A stretch of 63,421 nt of DNA, filler included, from Octopus bimaculoides (taxonomy: Eukaryota): assembly GCF_001194135.2 (NCBI RefSeq). It is 9 parts of 9 records of this genome, joined end to end, with 100 filler letters (N's around TTAATTAATTAA, not from the genome) between each part and the next. Parts side by side here need not be neighbours in the genome. Positions count along the whole stretch, not along the records: positions 20,185 to 26,958 come from NC_068984.1; positions 27,059 to 54,363 come from NC_069005.1; 7 more parts are not named here. The stretch is one strand, 5' to 3'. Positions 22,830 through 34,532 of this stretch are shown here, piece after piece (position 1 is the stretch's first letter; each line of letters begins with the position of its first letter). The translations under genes and the position numbers were made by a program. The notes beneath the pieces are model-generated. The model saw only the letters and a list, made by a program, of their open reading frames with translations, was not told the DNA's origin and ran no database searches.

Positions 22830-22975
22830 TAATAACATCGAAAAATACCTTAGGAATGAGAACACAGGTTCGAAATTTCCCAAAGACACCTAATTAAAGC
22901 TGGAGGGTATATCAGCCGAAACGTTGTGTTGACAACAAACAAGATGAGGACAAATATCCGTCAAATGTAAATCAT
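22672..22975. mobile_element. Inverted pair of tRNA-head/pseudo-LTR modules; plus-strand copy has a core-mutated hammerhead (22885-22930)
   Basis: GTTCTCATTCCTAAGGTATTTTTCGATGTT (minus) vs AACATCGAAAAATACCTTAGGAATGAGAAC (plus); 16-bp palindrome TATGCCCATGGGCATA at 22776-22791. Confidence 0.75.
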
Positions 22976-23129
22976 GAAAATGACAAGTTTAATAGAACAT
23001 ACAACATTTTGTCTTGATTCATTTCAGTTAACTTCGACTATTTTTTAAACATGTACACCATATACTCCATGTATTCGTGTGCACTTTTCATGTGAATGTA
23101 TATATGTATAATATACATACATATATCTG

Positions 23130-23174
<45 letters not shown>

Positions 23175-23366
23175 TGTTAAAAATAGTCCATGCAAGTCGG
23201 GAGATATGTGAATGCATATATATGCATGTATACCTATGCATATGTACATATGCATATAATATATATATACAAATAAACATGTACAGATATGCACACACAT
23301 ATTGGTTTGTTTCGATAAATAAATAACAAACCAAGGTAGTATACTTTTTCATTCATATTTAATTAC

Positions 23367-24507
23367 CTATATCTGCAGACAACTGTTTCAGTATATTTTC
23401 CCACATCAGTGCAAATTGCTGAATAATTAATCATATTATTTTCAAACACTTTGAGACGGAACAAGGTTAAATGAAAATTGATAATTGTTTTCATTAAAAC
23501 TGTGTTGTGTCGTTCATAGAAAGATGGAGACTAGAGGAAAATGATAAAACTTAAAACAAACTATAAGAATGGTGAATGTCAAATGAACAATACAAATTTT
23601 TTTGGCGCAATGAGCTGAAGCAGCTCATCTGACGTTCAAATTTCAGAAAATTGAAAAATACTTCTGTTTTTGTCCGATATTTATTTATATATTTATCTAT
23701 TTAGTTCTAACCACATTAGTTAATTTATGCATATCTACTCGAAATGTGAGGTAGGCAACAACACCTGCTCCGTATATTTACCTCACAATTTATAATTATT
23801 AATTATCATCTAACCGCTATCCGTTTTGAGTAGTTTTTAAATATAATGTAATTTATAGTATAATTTATTAAATATGTAATACTTTCCACTAATGTGGGAT
23901 ACATCCGAAACAGCTGTCTGCTTATAGAGGTCTGCAGATATTTGAAAAATATATTGTCTTGGGTTATTGTTTACTTGTACAATTTTCGTGTGTGTGTGTG
24001 TGTGTGTGTGCGTGCGTTCTTAGCTTTTCTCTATTGTGACGGTACAAGACGAATGAACTATGCCTTTATTGAAAATAAGAGAAATAACACATCACGAAAA
24101 ATATCAAGACATACACATGAGGGCTACTCGCTATTATTCATCTTGCATTTTGATCGTGCACAATATATAAGATGCAGAATATTTAAATTGGCTGGAACCG
24201 AAGAAAATATTGTCTGAAATGGAAAATGTTTTTAAAGTTTCACTGATATTTGGACGTCTGACTAACTTCTTTATGCCAATAGCTGGGAATATTAAGTATC
24301 ATTCTTCCTTCATTCTTTTACTCATTAAAAACTAAGTGTTTCAGCTTTATCGTTTTACTCTCCCGCTGTCTGAAAATAATTGAAAATAATTATCAATCAT
24401 CATCTAACCTTCTTCCGTCTTGGACTATTTGAATATAATGTAATTGATTATTTAGTAATTGGCAGTGATGCACGACGACATTCTGAAACAGTTGTCTGCA
24501 GATATAG
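23367..24507. mobile_element. Cluster of three related repeats (one inverted, two direct), each ending in a hammerhead-like motif; probable Penelope pseudo-LTR array
   Basis: Perfect 25-bp inverted ends (23367-23391 / 24483-24507); degenerate arms of about 300 bp; consensus TGCA-CTGATG-GGGATACATCC-GAAAC-AGCT-GTC-TGCAG. Confidence 0.7.
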
Positions 24508-24634
24508 ATGATTAAATGTATATTGCTCTTTGGATTAATATTTATTTACCGAGGGGATACATATATTCACACTCACACAGATACACACATACATATATAC
24601 ATGCATGCGTGCGTGCGTGCGTGCGTGTGTGTGC

Positions 24635-24669
<35 letters not shown>

Positions 24670-24777
24670 TGTGTCTGTGTAAGCAGTCTAAGAGTCCATA
24701 AGTCTGGAAAAAATGTACTCATATATATATATATGTCCGTAAAGTGGATATATTAATCGAAGTGTAAAGTATTATGT

Positions 24778-25112
24778 GAAGGCGCATGACTCAGTGGCTA
24801 GAGCGTCGATCTTACGATTGTGAGATTGTGAGTTCGAATCCCGGATCGGGCTGCGTGTTGTGTTCTTGAGCAAGACATTTTATTTCACATTGCTCCAGTT
24901 CACTCAGCTGTAGAAATGAGTTGTGACGTCACAGGTACCAAGCTGTATCGGCCTTTGCCTTTCTCTTGGATAACACTAGTGGCGTGTAGAGAGGAGGCTG
25001 GTATGCATGGGCGACTGCTGGTCTTCCATAAACAACCTTGCCCGAACTTGTGCCTGGGAGGATAACTTTCCAGGTGCAATCCTATGGTCAGTCATGATCG
25101 AAGGGAGTCTCA
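24778..25112 (+). mobile_element. tRNA-derived CORE-like SINE (family D)
   Basis: A box TGACTCAGTGG, B box GAGTTCGAATCC, TTCTTGAGCAAGAC; second copy at 61840-62085. Confidence 0.85.
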
Positions 25113-25199
25113 GCACAGTATTATATATCCATTACGACCGATCTTACCAATTGGTTTCACGCCAGAGGTTCAACGGATTGTTAGGTAACAGTCTAATTA

Positions 25200-26030
25200 T
25201 GTAACCCTGCGCTCTTCAGAGGTAGCCGCTATGAAATTAAGTATGACGACTGCTCTCTTTTGTTGAAAGTGAACAGAGACGATCCGGTTTGTGATGATGA
25301 AACGAATTGATGAATGTGTGCATTGCGAAATGTGTGCATCGCGGAATATGTGCATTGCGGAATGTGTGTAACTCGTAAACAAATGAAAGTGTAAACAGAA
25401 CAATAAAATAAGCAAAAATAACAAGCTTAGCTGAAAATAGCGTCCTTTGTGAAAAGTCTACTGCTGAAAGTGAAAAGAAAATGTGCATTCACAGGAAAAA
25501 AATAGTTGTTGAAAGTCTATGTGAGAGTCTTATGTACGTGCAAAAGTTCATAGATAATGCATGGTCTGTACATCGGAACGAGACGAAAAACGCGTGTGTG
25601 CCGAAAAGGTTGCATGTGCGGGCTTCCGTATTTTCTTCCAGTTAGTTTCTGGGCATGTAGTTGTCAAAATGTTGCGAGTATAGGCTTTCATGGTCGGCAA
25701 AGTCCTTGTGCGTCAGCAGTGTGGCATTGCTGTGAAGTGCATCGTAGATTGCATCTCAGTATAGTGCTTTCTGTAGCAGGTCGATGGAGGGTGCATCTTG
25801 GTGGTGACGAAAGTTGTCATTAATTTTCTTTGGTTCAACGACTGTAGATATGAAGACTGTAGTTCTTTAGTTCGAAACAGCAAAAATGCAGCGGCATCTA
25901 GCATCAGAAGGTAGTAATTCTCTCGCTCAGGGTCGCCACTTGTGACTGTTGGCAATGCAGCCTTTGAAAGCAACGATTCATTTTTCACGGTGTTAATAAT
26001 TGTAACGGTTATAGGTTTTAATTGATGTAA
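25200..26030 (-). mobile_element. Possible degenerate LTR-retrotransposon (Gypsy-like) remnant with primer-binding site
   Basis: Minus strand ..gtcaCA-AG-TGGCGACCCTG (25928-25941); weak integrase C-terminus-like words; 16-bp x3.5 tandem repeat at 25313-25370. Confidence 0.4.
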
Positions 26031-26098
26031 AAGGTCACCAGTTCTAACGAGAGAAATTGATTTGTAAACAATATTATGATGATGTAGAAGTCAGCAGT

Positions 26099-26735
26099 TG
26101 TGACGACAAGAATTTGTTGTTATAATTGCATGTTGTAAGATGTGAATGATGGACAATGCATGAAGTTTTAAGGAAATATTTATTTACCGTTACATTACAA
26201 TATCTTGCCTCGACGGGCAGGTTATGATAGATCCAAAAGCATGCGAAGTAAAGTTTGTGTTTGTGTCCTCTTCATTGTTTAGTAGTAATTACAGAGAGAG
26301 ATAGAATTATGTTGTAAGAGAATAGAATTAGAGCTAGTGAGAGTTGTAGGGTGTGGGACGTTGTCTCACAGTTGCTGACAGTAAACTTCATTTCTCTCTA
26401 TGATCAAGGTTCTAACTGGTCAGCCAGACTTCGTTCTCACTGAGTCGTCACCGACTGGTGACTAAACTGATTTTTGCTTGGGGTTTTCTTGCTTTTATAA
26501 CTATCTAGAAGGANNNNNNNNNNTGGTGACTAAACTGATTTTTGCTTGGGGTTTTCTTGCTTTTATAACTATCTAGAAGGATAGACATATCATTGAGAAC
26601 AATAGATTTAGTTGGTGGTCTCGTAATCTCTATTCTAGCTTTTGGTGAAGTAGAAGAGGTTAGAAAGGGTCAAGTGGTGAAGACATTATTTCGGCCTAGC
26701 TAAAGGTATCTGGAAAGTGTAAAACTGCTGTAACA
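26099..26735. mobile_element. Possible solo LTR
   Basis: TGTGAC...GTAACA ends; no matching TSD; interrupted by a 10-N overlap artefact. Confidence 0.3.
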
Positions 26736-26917
26736 GAAAAACCATTGTTCCACCGTGGGAAAAGTTCTGTTGCAGTGTTAATTTAAATTTGGCTATGGTG
26801 GATCGAATCCACTTCATGCACGCAAGATCCACTACATATATACATACATACATACACACACACACACATATATATATATATACATATATGTATACATACA
26901 TATATATATATATATAC

Positions 26918-26948
<31 letters not shown>

Positions 26949-27694
26949 CATATATATANNNNNNNNNNNNNNNNNNNNNNNNNNNNNNNNNNNNNNNNNN
27001 NNTTAATTAATTAANNNNNNNNNNNNNNNNNNNNNNNNNNNNNNNNNNNNNNNNNNNNATATATATATATATATATATATATACGCATGCATGTAAATGT
27101 ATGCACATATACATATCATGTATTATATTTTTTATAGATGCGTATGTATATATATAATTATATATACATATATACATGTGCATACATATAAATTCGTTTT
27201 TATGGGATTTTGTGTAAGCTCTCCTTATTATGGTGCTCGTGTGCGATGTGTCGTTTCCGTTTGTGTCTCCATCTATATACAAGTTACAATAAACCTTAAT
27301 TGAATATGAACATTTGAAAGATTCTTTCATATAATTTTAGCTTAGTTTTTAGTTGGTTAATGCTCAGTATTTTCTAAATAACTGTCTGTTTTATGTATCC
27401 ATTGGATCGTGTCTTCCTTAATATTAATAAATATGATATTCTTTCTAAACTTCATTGTTTATAATTATAAATATTATTTATTAATCATATCTATAAAATA
27501 AAGATGGAAGCTACTGGAGGTCGATGTGCGAAAAGCCTGCAGTATCAATTCTGCTGCTATTTATCACCTGATTTAATTTTCAACCCCGGACAGTATATAT
27601 CAATTAGAGCACTACCACAGTGTTCCAAAAATGCAATACTCCCACCACATGATCGTTTACTATCGTGGTGAATCATTTTAATGTATGTGGAACG

Positions 27695-28050
27695 CCGTTG
27701 GTTGCGACGGCGAGGGTTCCAGTTGATCTGATCAACCGAACAGCCTCCTCGTGAAATTAACGTGCACTCCTAAGACACGTGTACCCTTAACGTAGTTCTC
27801 GGGGATATTCAACGTGACACAGAGTGCGACAAGGCTGGCCCTTTGAAATACAGGTACAACAAAAACAGGAAGGAAGAGCGAGAGAAAGTGGTGGTGGAAG
27901 AGTATAGCAGGGTTCGCCACCACCCCCTACAGGAGCCTCGTGGAGCTTTAGTTGTTTTTACTCAATAACTACTCACAACGCCCAGTCTGGTAATCGAAAC
28001 CGCGATCCTACGACCACGAATCCTCTGCCCCAACCACTGGACCATTGCGT
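27695..28050 (-). mobile_element. tRNA-derived SINE (family C)
   Basis: GGTTTCGATTACC B-box-like head; CACGAG.AGGCTGTTC.GTTGATC..ATCAACTGGAACCCTCG tail; second copy at 45945-46338. Confidence 0.85.
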
Positions 28051-28084
28051 TAGTCGTATTTAACTAGTTTCAGTCGTAAGTCGT

Positions 28085-28512
28085 ATATATTTTTTATACT
28101 CTGAGCCCAAGACCCGAAATTTTGGGGGAGGGGGCAGGTCATTAGATCGACCGCAATACGCAACTGTACTTAGTTTATCGAAAGGATGAAAGGCAAATTC
28201 GACCTCGGTGGAATTTGAACTCAGAACGTAAAGACGGACGAAATACCGCTAAGCATTTCGCCCGGTGTGCTAAAGCTTCTTATTTCTTTACTGCCCACAA
28301 GGGGCTACACACGGAGGGGATAAACAAGGACAAACAAACAGATTAAGTTGATTATATCAACCCCAGTGCGTAACAGGTACTTATTTAATCGACTCCGAAA
28401 AGACGAAAGGCAAAGTCGACCTCGGCGAAATTTGAACTCAGAACGTAGCGGCAGACGAAATACCGCTAAGCATTTCGCCCGGCGTGCTAACGATTCTGCC
28501 AACTTGCCGCCT
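28085..28512 (-). mobile_element. Two adjacent SINE family B copies with CpGs retained
   Basis: Family B core at 28180-28270 and 28395-28510. Confidence 0.85.
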
Positions 28513-28747
28513 TGCTGTAGCCTATATATTGTCGCGGCAGCAAACTTAATGTATTGCAGTCTATTGGCGGTACTTTCCTTATAACATAAAATCGAAGCCT
28601 AAATTGATAATTAAAGAAAATACGTTAATTTAATAACATTTAATGATGCTTCCTTGCGTTGGCACATGACCACATATTGTAAAACAAATAAAGTTCGTTC
28701 AATGAATCGATGGGAGCATATATCTGATTCTTAACTTCTTATCTTAC

Positions 28748-28756
28748 CGACCGGCG
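28748..28756 (-). other. Candidate 9-nt microexon CGCCGGTCG
   Basis: gttttctccgtctttacAG|CGCCGGTCG|GTAAGA. Confidence 0.15.
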
Positions 28757-31705
28757 CTGTAAAGACGGAGAAAACCATGGGGTGAGGTGGTATTTCAAGG
28801 CTGTTTCGAATATTATTTTGGCACGCATGGAAACGTTTCCTATCACAGTTCCAGTCTTATAATATATGTCCATGTCTTAACGTCACGAATCATTATGAAA
28901 TGTTATTTAATTACCCTGTTTTATTTCTTCATCAATTTATAACGAAAGAATCGACTTAGACACTCATTTAACTTCCAAAGTCAGCAGTTCTGGTGCCCTT
29001 TCTTTAGACAAATCCTTTTATGCGCGTAAGTGAGAAGAATAGTTTGCTTAATTTCATTAATATAATTCTTGAACAATACAAAATCCATTGAGACACTGGC
29101 TGTATTATTCACGAAAGTGATATATTTAATTACATGTTGTAATAAAATTTGAAGCTCTAATATCCTAAAATATTCCAAGAATATTCCAAGTAGTTTTCAA
29201 TAGATGTAAATTGAATGCGTGTCGTATAACGAACTCTCTGCGCACCTGTATCTATCTATCTATCTATCTATCTATATATNNNNNNNNNNNNNNNNNNNNN
29301 NNNNNNNNNNNNNNNNNNNNNNNNNNNNNNNNNNNNNNNNNNNNNNNNNNNNNNNNNNNNNNNNNNNNNNNNNNNNNNNNNNNNNNNNNNNNNNNNNNNN
29401 NNNNNNNNNNNNNNNNNNNNNNNNNNNNNNNNNNNNNNNNNNNNNNNNNNNNNNNNNNNNNNNNNNNNNNNNNNNNNNNNNNNNNNNNNNNNNNNNNNNN
29501 NNNNNNNNNNNNNNNNNNNNNNNNNNNNNNNNNNNNNNNNNNNNNNNNNNNNNNNNNNNNNNNNNNNNNNNNNNNNNNNNNNNNNNNNNNNNNNNNNNNN
29601 NNNNNNNNNNNNNNNNNNNNNNNNNNNNNNNNNNNNNNNNNNNNNNNNNNNNNNNNNNNNNNNNNNNNNNNNNNNNNNNNNNNNNNNNNNNNNNNNNNNN
29701 NNNNNNNNNNNNNNNNNNNNNNNNNNNNNNNNNNNNNNNNNNNNNNNNNNNNNNNNNNNNNNNNNNNNNNNNNNNNNNNNNNNNNNNNNNNNNNNNNNNN
29801 NNNNNNNNNNNNNNNNNNNNNNNNNNNNNNNNNNNNNNNNNNNNNNNNNNNNNNNNNNNNNNNNNNNNNNNNNNNNNNNNNNNNNNNNNNNNNNNNNNNN
29901 NNNNNNNNNNNNNNNNNNNNNNNNNNNNNNNNNNNNNNNNNNNNNNNNNNNNNNNNNNNNNNNNNNNNNNNNNNNNNNNNNNNNNNNNNNNNNNNNNNNN
30001 NNNNNNNNNNNNNNNNNNNNNNNNNNNNNNNNNNNNNNNNNNNNNNNNNNNNNNNNNNNNNNNNNNNNNNNNNNNNNNNNNNNNNNNNNNNNNNNNNNNT
30101 ATATATATACATACACGACTGCAAAAATGGTAACGTTCACGTCTGGATTGGTATTTCATTATGAAACTATTTGAATAATAATGACAGGATAATTTGGAGC
30201 AACGTCAATAATTAGTTAAAAAAATAAATATTATTAAGAAAAGAAAAAGGATGTTATTTACGATGGGACGAGTTCGATATTAGACATGCTCGATCAGAGC
30301 AGTTATGTGGTAAACAACAACAAAACGAATATGATTCGATGAAATGATACATTAAACAAAAAAGAAAACAATGCCAAGCGCTAGAAAGGTATTGTATTTC
30401 AATTAACATAATGTAGAAAACGCAAGGAGTAGTACTTTTTTTTTCTGAAGTCTAAATCAGCGACAATAAGCATTTTCACGCCAAGCAAGAATCGTTCGAC
30501 AAAGAAAGATTTACAACACGTACATCGGAAATCTGGCATGAATGTATGATCAGAATGTTTATATATGTATGTCTATATATATATATATATATATNNNNNN
30601 NNNNNNNNNNNNNNNNNNNNNNNNNNNNNNNNNNNNNNNNNNNNNNNNNNNNNNNNNNNNNNNNNNNNNNNNNNNNNNNNNNNNNNNNNNNNNNNNNNNN
30701 NNNNNNNNNNNNNNNNNNNNNNNNNNNNNNNNNNNNNNNNNNNNNNNNNNNNNNNNNNNNNNNNNNNNNNNNNNNNNNNNNNNNNNNNNNNNNNNNNNNN
30801 NNNNNNNNNNNNNNNNNNNNNNNNNNNNNNNNNNNNNNNNNNNNNNNNNNNNNNNNNNNNNNNNNNNNNNNNNNNNNNNNNNNNNNNNNNNNNNNNNNNN
30901 NNNNNNNNNNNNNNNNNNNNNNNNNNNNNNNNNNNNNNNNNNNNNNNNNNNNNNNNNNNNNNNNNNNNNNNNNNNNNNNNNNNNNNNNNNNNNNNNNNNN
31001 NNNNNNNNNNNNNNNNNNNNNNNNNNNNNNNNNNNNNNNNNNNNNNNNNNNNNNNNNNNNNNNNNNNNNNNNNNNNNNNNNNNNNNNNNNNNNNNNNNNN
31101 NNNNNNNNNNNNNNNNNNNNNNNNNNNNNNNNNNNNNNNNNNNNNNNNNNNNNNNNNNNNNNNNNNNNNNNNNNNNNNNNNNNNNNNNNNNNNNNNNNNN
31201 NNNNNNNNNNNNNNNNNNNNNNNNNNNNNNNNNNNNNNNNNNNNNNNNNNNNNNNNNNNNNNNNNNNNNNNNNNNNNNNNNNNNNNNNNNNNNNNNNNNN
31301 NNNNNNNNNNNNNNNNNNNNNNNNNNNNNNNNNNNNNNNNNNNNNNNATATATATATATATATATATATATAATACATGGCGGCTGATTAATCATATTCG
31401 TGATGGTACAAAAGCAAGAAGAAAGAAAAAGGAAACAGAAAGTAAACATATTGGAACTTGTGCGAGATTTGAACACTTGGATTTATTTAAATAAAATACT
31501 TCGCTAAACAAAGGCCACGGCATTTTCTTCTAGTTGATGCTCTCATGATTCTGTCAAGCGATCACCTCGATCATGCTTAATACCTTACAATCTGTGTCAA
31601 TATGGTAGAAAGGCTATCAGTAGTATTGATTCTCGTTTAGAACAACTGTGACCGTTTATTCGATATATTCTGTGAAGTTACAAACATAAAGAGTAATTCA
31701 CTCAC

Positions 31706-31792
31706 GGTACGGATTTTACAATACTGGAATGCCTGACTTGGCAGGGTTTCCACTAAATGCTTTGTTTTTGAAGTAAAACTGTCAAGAGATAT
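31706..31792 (-). other. Candidate 87-nt phase-0 exon (ISLDSFTSKTKHLVETLPSQAFQYCKIRT)
   Basis: atttcAG acceptor, ACC|GTGAGT donor, single open frame. Confidence 0.2.
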
Positions 31793-32124
31793 CTGAAATA
31801 TTCCTCTTTTGCTACCGATATTGGTATACGCAACGTGTTCCAATTACAGTCTATTATTTTTTTTCCGTCTTCCCTCTTTTTTTCCATCTCTCTCTCTCTC
31901 TCTCTCTCTTTCACAACATTTCTCTCTTTCTCTCTTTTGTCTCATCTTTCTATCTCTAGCCCTTTCTTTCACGTTGATTGCTGATATAACAGAGGCAGCA
32001 ATTCAGGTCGCTGGCGACATCGTCATTGCATCTCTTCGAATTTCATAATTGTTGTATTGCTGCGATTCATATGTTTGTTATGCATGCCTTTCATTATTGT
32101 TGGTGATATTTCTATTATTACTAT

Positions 32125-32199
<75 letters not shown>

Positions 32200-32200
32200 C
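32125..32200. repeat. (TAG)n microsatellite
   Basis: Direct reading. Confidence 0.95.
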
Positions 32201-32527
32201 ATTAGTAGTAGCAGACGAAGCAGCAGCAGCAGTGTTTCAGATGTGTGTATCTTACATATATTGTGTGGCTCTTTGTTCTTCAAGCTACAAATTACCTTAA
32301 CTAACCTCTGGCGTATAAAGCGACAAGACTGAATGATACTAAAGTGTGTGTGTCTGTACGTACGTATGTATGTATATACGGATGGATGGATGGATGGCTG
32401 GATGGATGGAAGGATGGATGAATCGATGGATAGATGTGTATATGAACGTACCATCTATCTATCAATCTGTCTATCCCTCTCTCATTCACTATCTCTCGCT
32501 CACTATCTCATTCACTCACTTACTCTC

Positions 32528-32597
<70 letters not shown>

Positions 32598-32941
32598 NNN
32601 NNNNNNNNNNNNNNNNNNNNNNNNNNNNNNNNNNNNNNNNNNNNNNNNNNNNNNNNNNNNNNNNNNNNNNNNNNNNNNNNNNNNNNNNNNNNNNNNNNNN
32701 NNNNNNNNNNNNNNNNNNNNNNNNNNNNNNNNNNNNNNNNNNNNNNNNNNNNNNNNNNNNNNNNNNNNNNNNNNNNNNNNNNNNNNNNNNNNNNNNNNNN
32801 NNNNNNNNNNNNNNNNNNNNNNNNNNNNNNNNNNNNNNNNNNNNNNNNNNNNNNNNNNNNNNNNNNNNNNNNNNNNNNNNNATATATATTATGCATGCCG
32901 ACTGCATGTGAGCGTGCATGATAGCGTGTGTTCTCGTATAA

Positions 32942-32986
<45 letters not shown>

Positions 32987-33275
32987 ACGCCGTTGTACGT
33001 GTTTATCTCTTTCCATCTATGTATACTCGCATGCATATATAAAAACATGTATCGTCATATATGAATACAAAACATGCTTATAGAATTTAGCTGCTTCGTT
33101 AACCGAGTGATCGTCTGCTTTGTCTTTCGACGTTCATTTATTTAATTATGTATTCATTCATTTATTTACTCGAATATTTATTTTGTCCTTTATTTACTTG
33201 TTTATTTATTTCAAACCATGTATTGAATACTTCAAAATATAAACTTTTGTTAATGATGCTGTCCATGTAGCTTAC

Positions 33276-33432
33276 GAAGATTAATGGGAAGACAAGCGCT
33301 CCAGCACTGATTAAATATAGTCAAGTTTAAACTTGACAAGGCGGTACCCAGGCAAATGGATTCCCACTCTTTCTTTATTTTGCGAGCTCTTCTGTCTTTG
33401 ATTATTATTTCTTTTATTCCAGGTTTTGCCAT
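33276..33432 (-). other. Candidate first coding exon (MAKPGIKEIIIKDRRARKIKKEWESICLG...)
   Basis: AAAATGG start context, 52 open codons, C|GTAAGC donor; no homology recognised. Confidence 0.2.
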
Positions 33433-34006
33433 TTTTTCAAATCGATATTGATCTCTTACATGTACATCAATCGCTATCCTTTGGCTCACGTCCTTCCCTC
33501 GAAGTGGCCTTCTTCAATCAGCTGATCAACTGGTTGCAGCGTAAATTCTGATTTGATAGTCGTCTAATATGTATACACAAACACACAGACGCATACACAC
33601 GAGCACACACACACACACACATCTATATACATGCATACATATGTGTATGAATATGGATACACACACATATATATATATATGTATATATATACATACATAT
33701 GTGTATATACATTTCTGTATATATATATNNNNNNNNNNNNNNNNNNNNNNNNNNNNNNNNNNNNNNNNNNNNNNNNNNNNNNNNNNNNNNNNNNNNNNNN
33801 NNNNNNNNNNNNNNNNNNNNNNNNNNNNNNNNNNNNNNNNNNNNNNNNNNNNNNNNNNNNNNNNNNNNNNNNNNNNNNNNNNNNNNNNNNNNNNNNNNNN
33901 NNNNNNNNNNNNNNNNNNNNNNNNNNNNNNNNNNNNNNNNNNNNNNNNNNNNNNNNNNNNATGTATATATATATGTATATGTAATCTCTATAGAATAAAT
34001 AAATAA

Positions 34007-34047
<41 letters not shown>

Positions 34048-34048
34048 C

Positions 34049-34106
<58 letters not shown>

Positions 34107-34304
34107 CAGTTTGGTCAAATTCAGGATATTTATATTTATATTTTGATATGTGTGTGTGTGTGTCTATGTTAGTGTGTGCGCGCGCGTCTTCAGGTATGGC
34201 AGAGACCCTTGAAACTAAGTCGCATGGAACTTAATCACAGCATTGTTTTAAATAACACATCTATCTACTACTGCGTGCCTTGGTGGCAGAATCGTTATCA
34301 TGAA

Positions 34305-34532
34305 GGCGGTGAGCTGGCAGAATCGTTAGCACGCCGGACGAAACGTTTAGTGGTATTTCGTCTGCCGGTATTTCATTCTGCGTTCAAATTCCGCTTTGCC
34401 CTACATCCTTTCGGGGTCGATTAAATAATTACCAGTTACGCGCAGGTGATCGATGTAATCGTCTTAATCCCAGTGTATGTGCTTGTTTGTGCCCTCAATG
34501 TTTAGCTCCCGGTGGGCAATCAAGAAATAATT
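34305..34532 (+). mobile_element. SINE family B
   Basis: GGTGAGCTGGCAGAATCGTTAGC head; CATCCTTTCGGGGTCGAT core. Confidence 0.85.

Noticed and set aside
23367-24507. Tc1/mariner-type long-TIR MITE interpretation
   Set aside because: A third internal direct copy and hammerhead-like ends fit a Penelope terminal array better, though the MITE reading is not fully excluded.
26456-26581. 58-bp perfect direct repeat
   Set aside because: The copies flank a 10-N gap; overlapping contig ends, not a tandem duplication.
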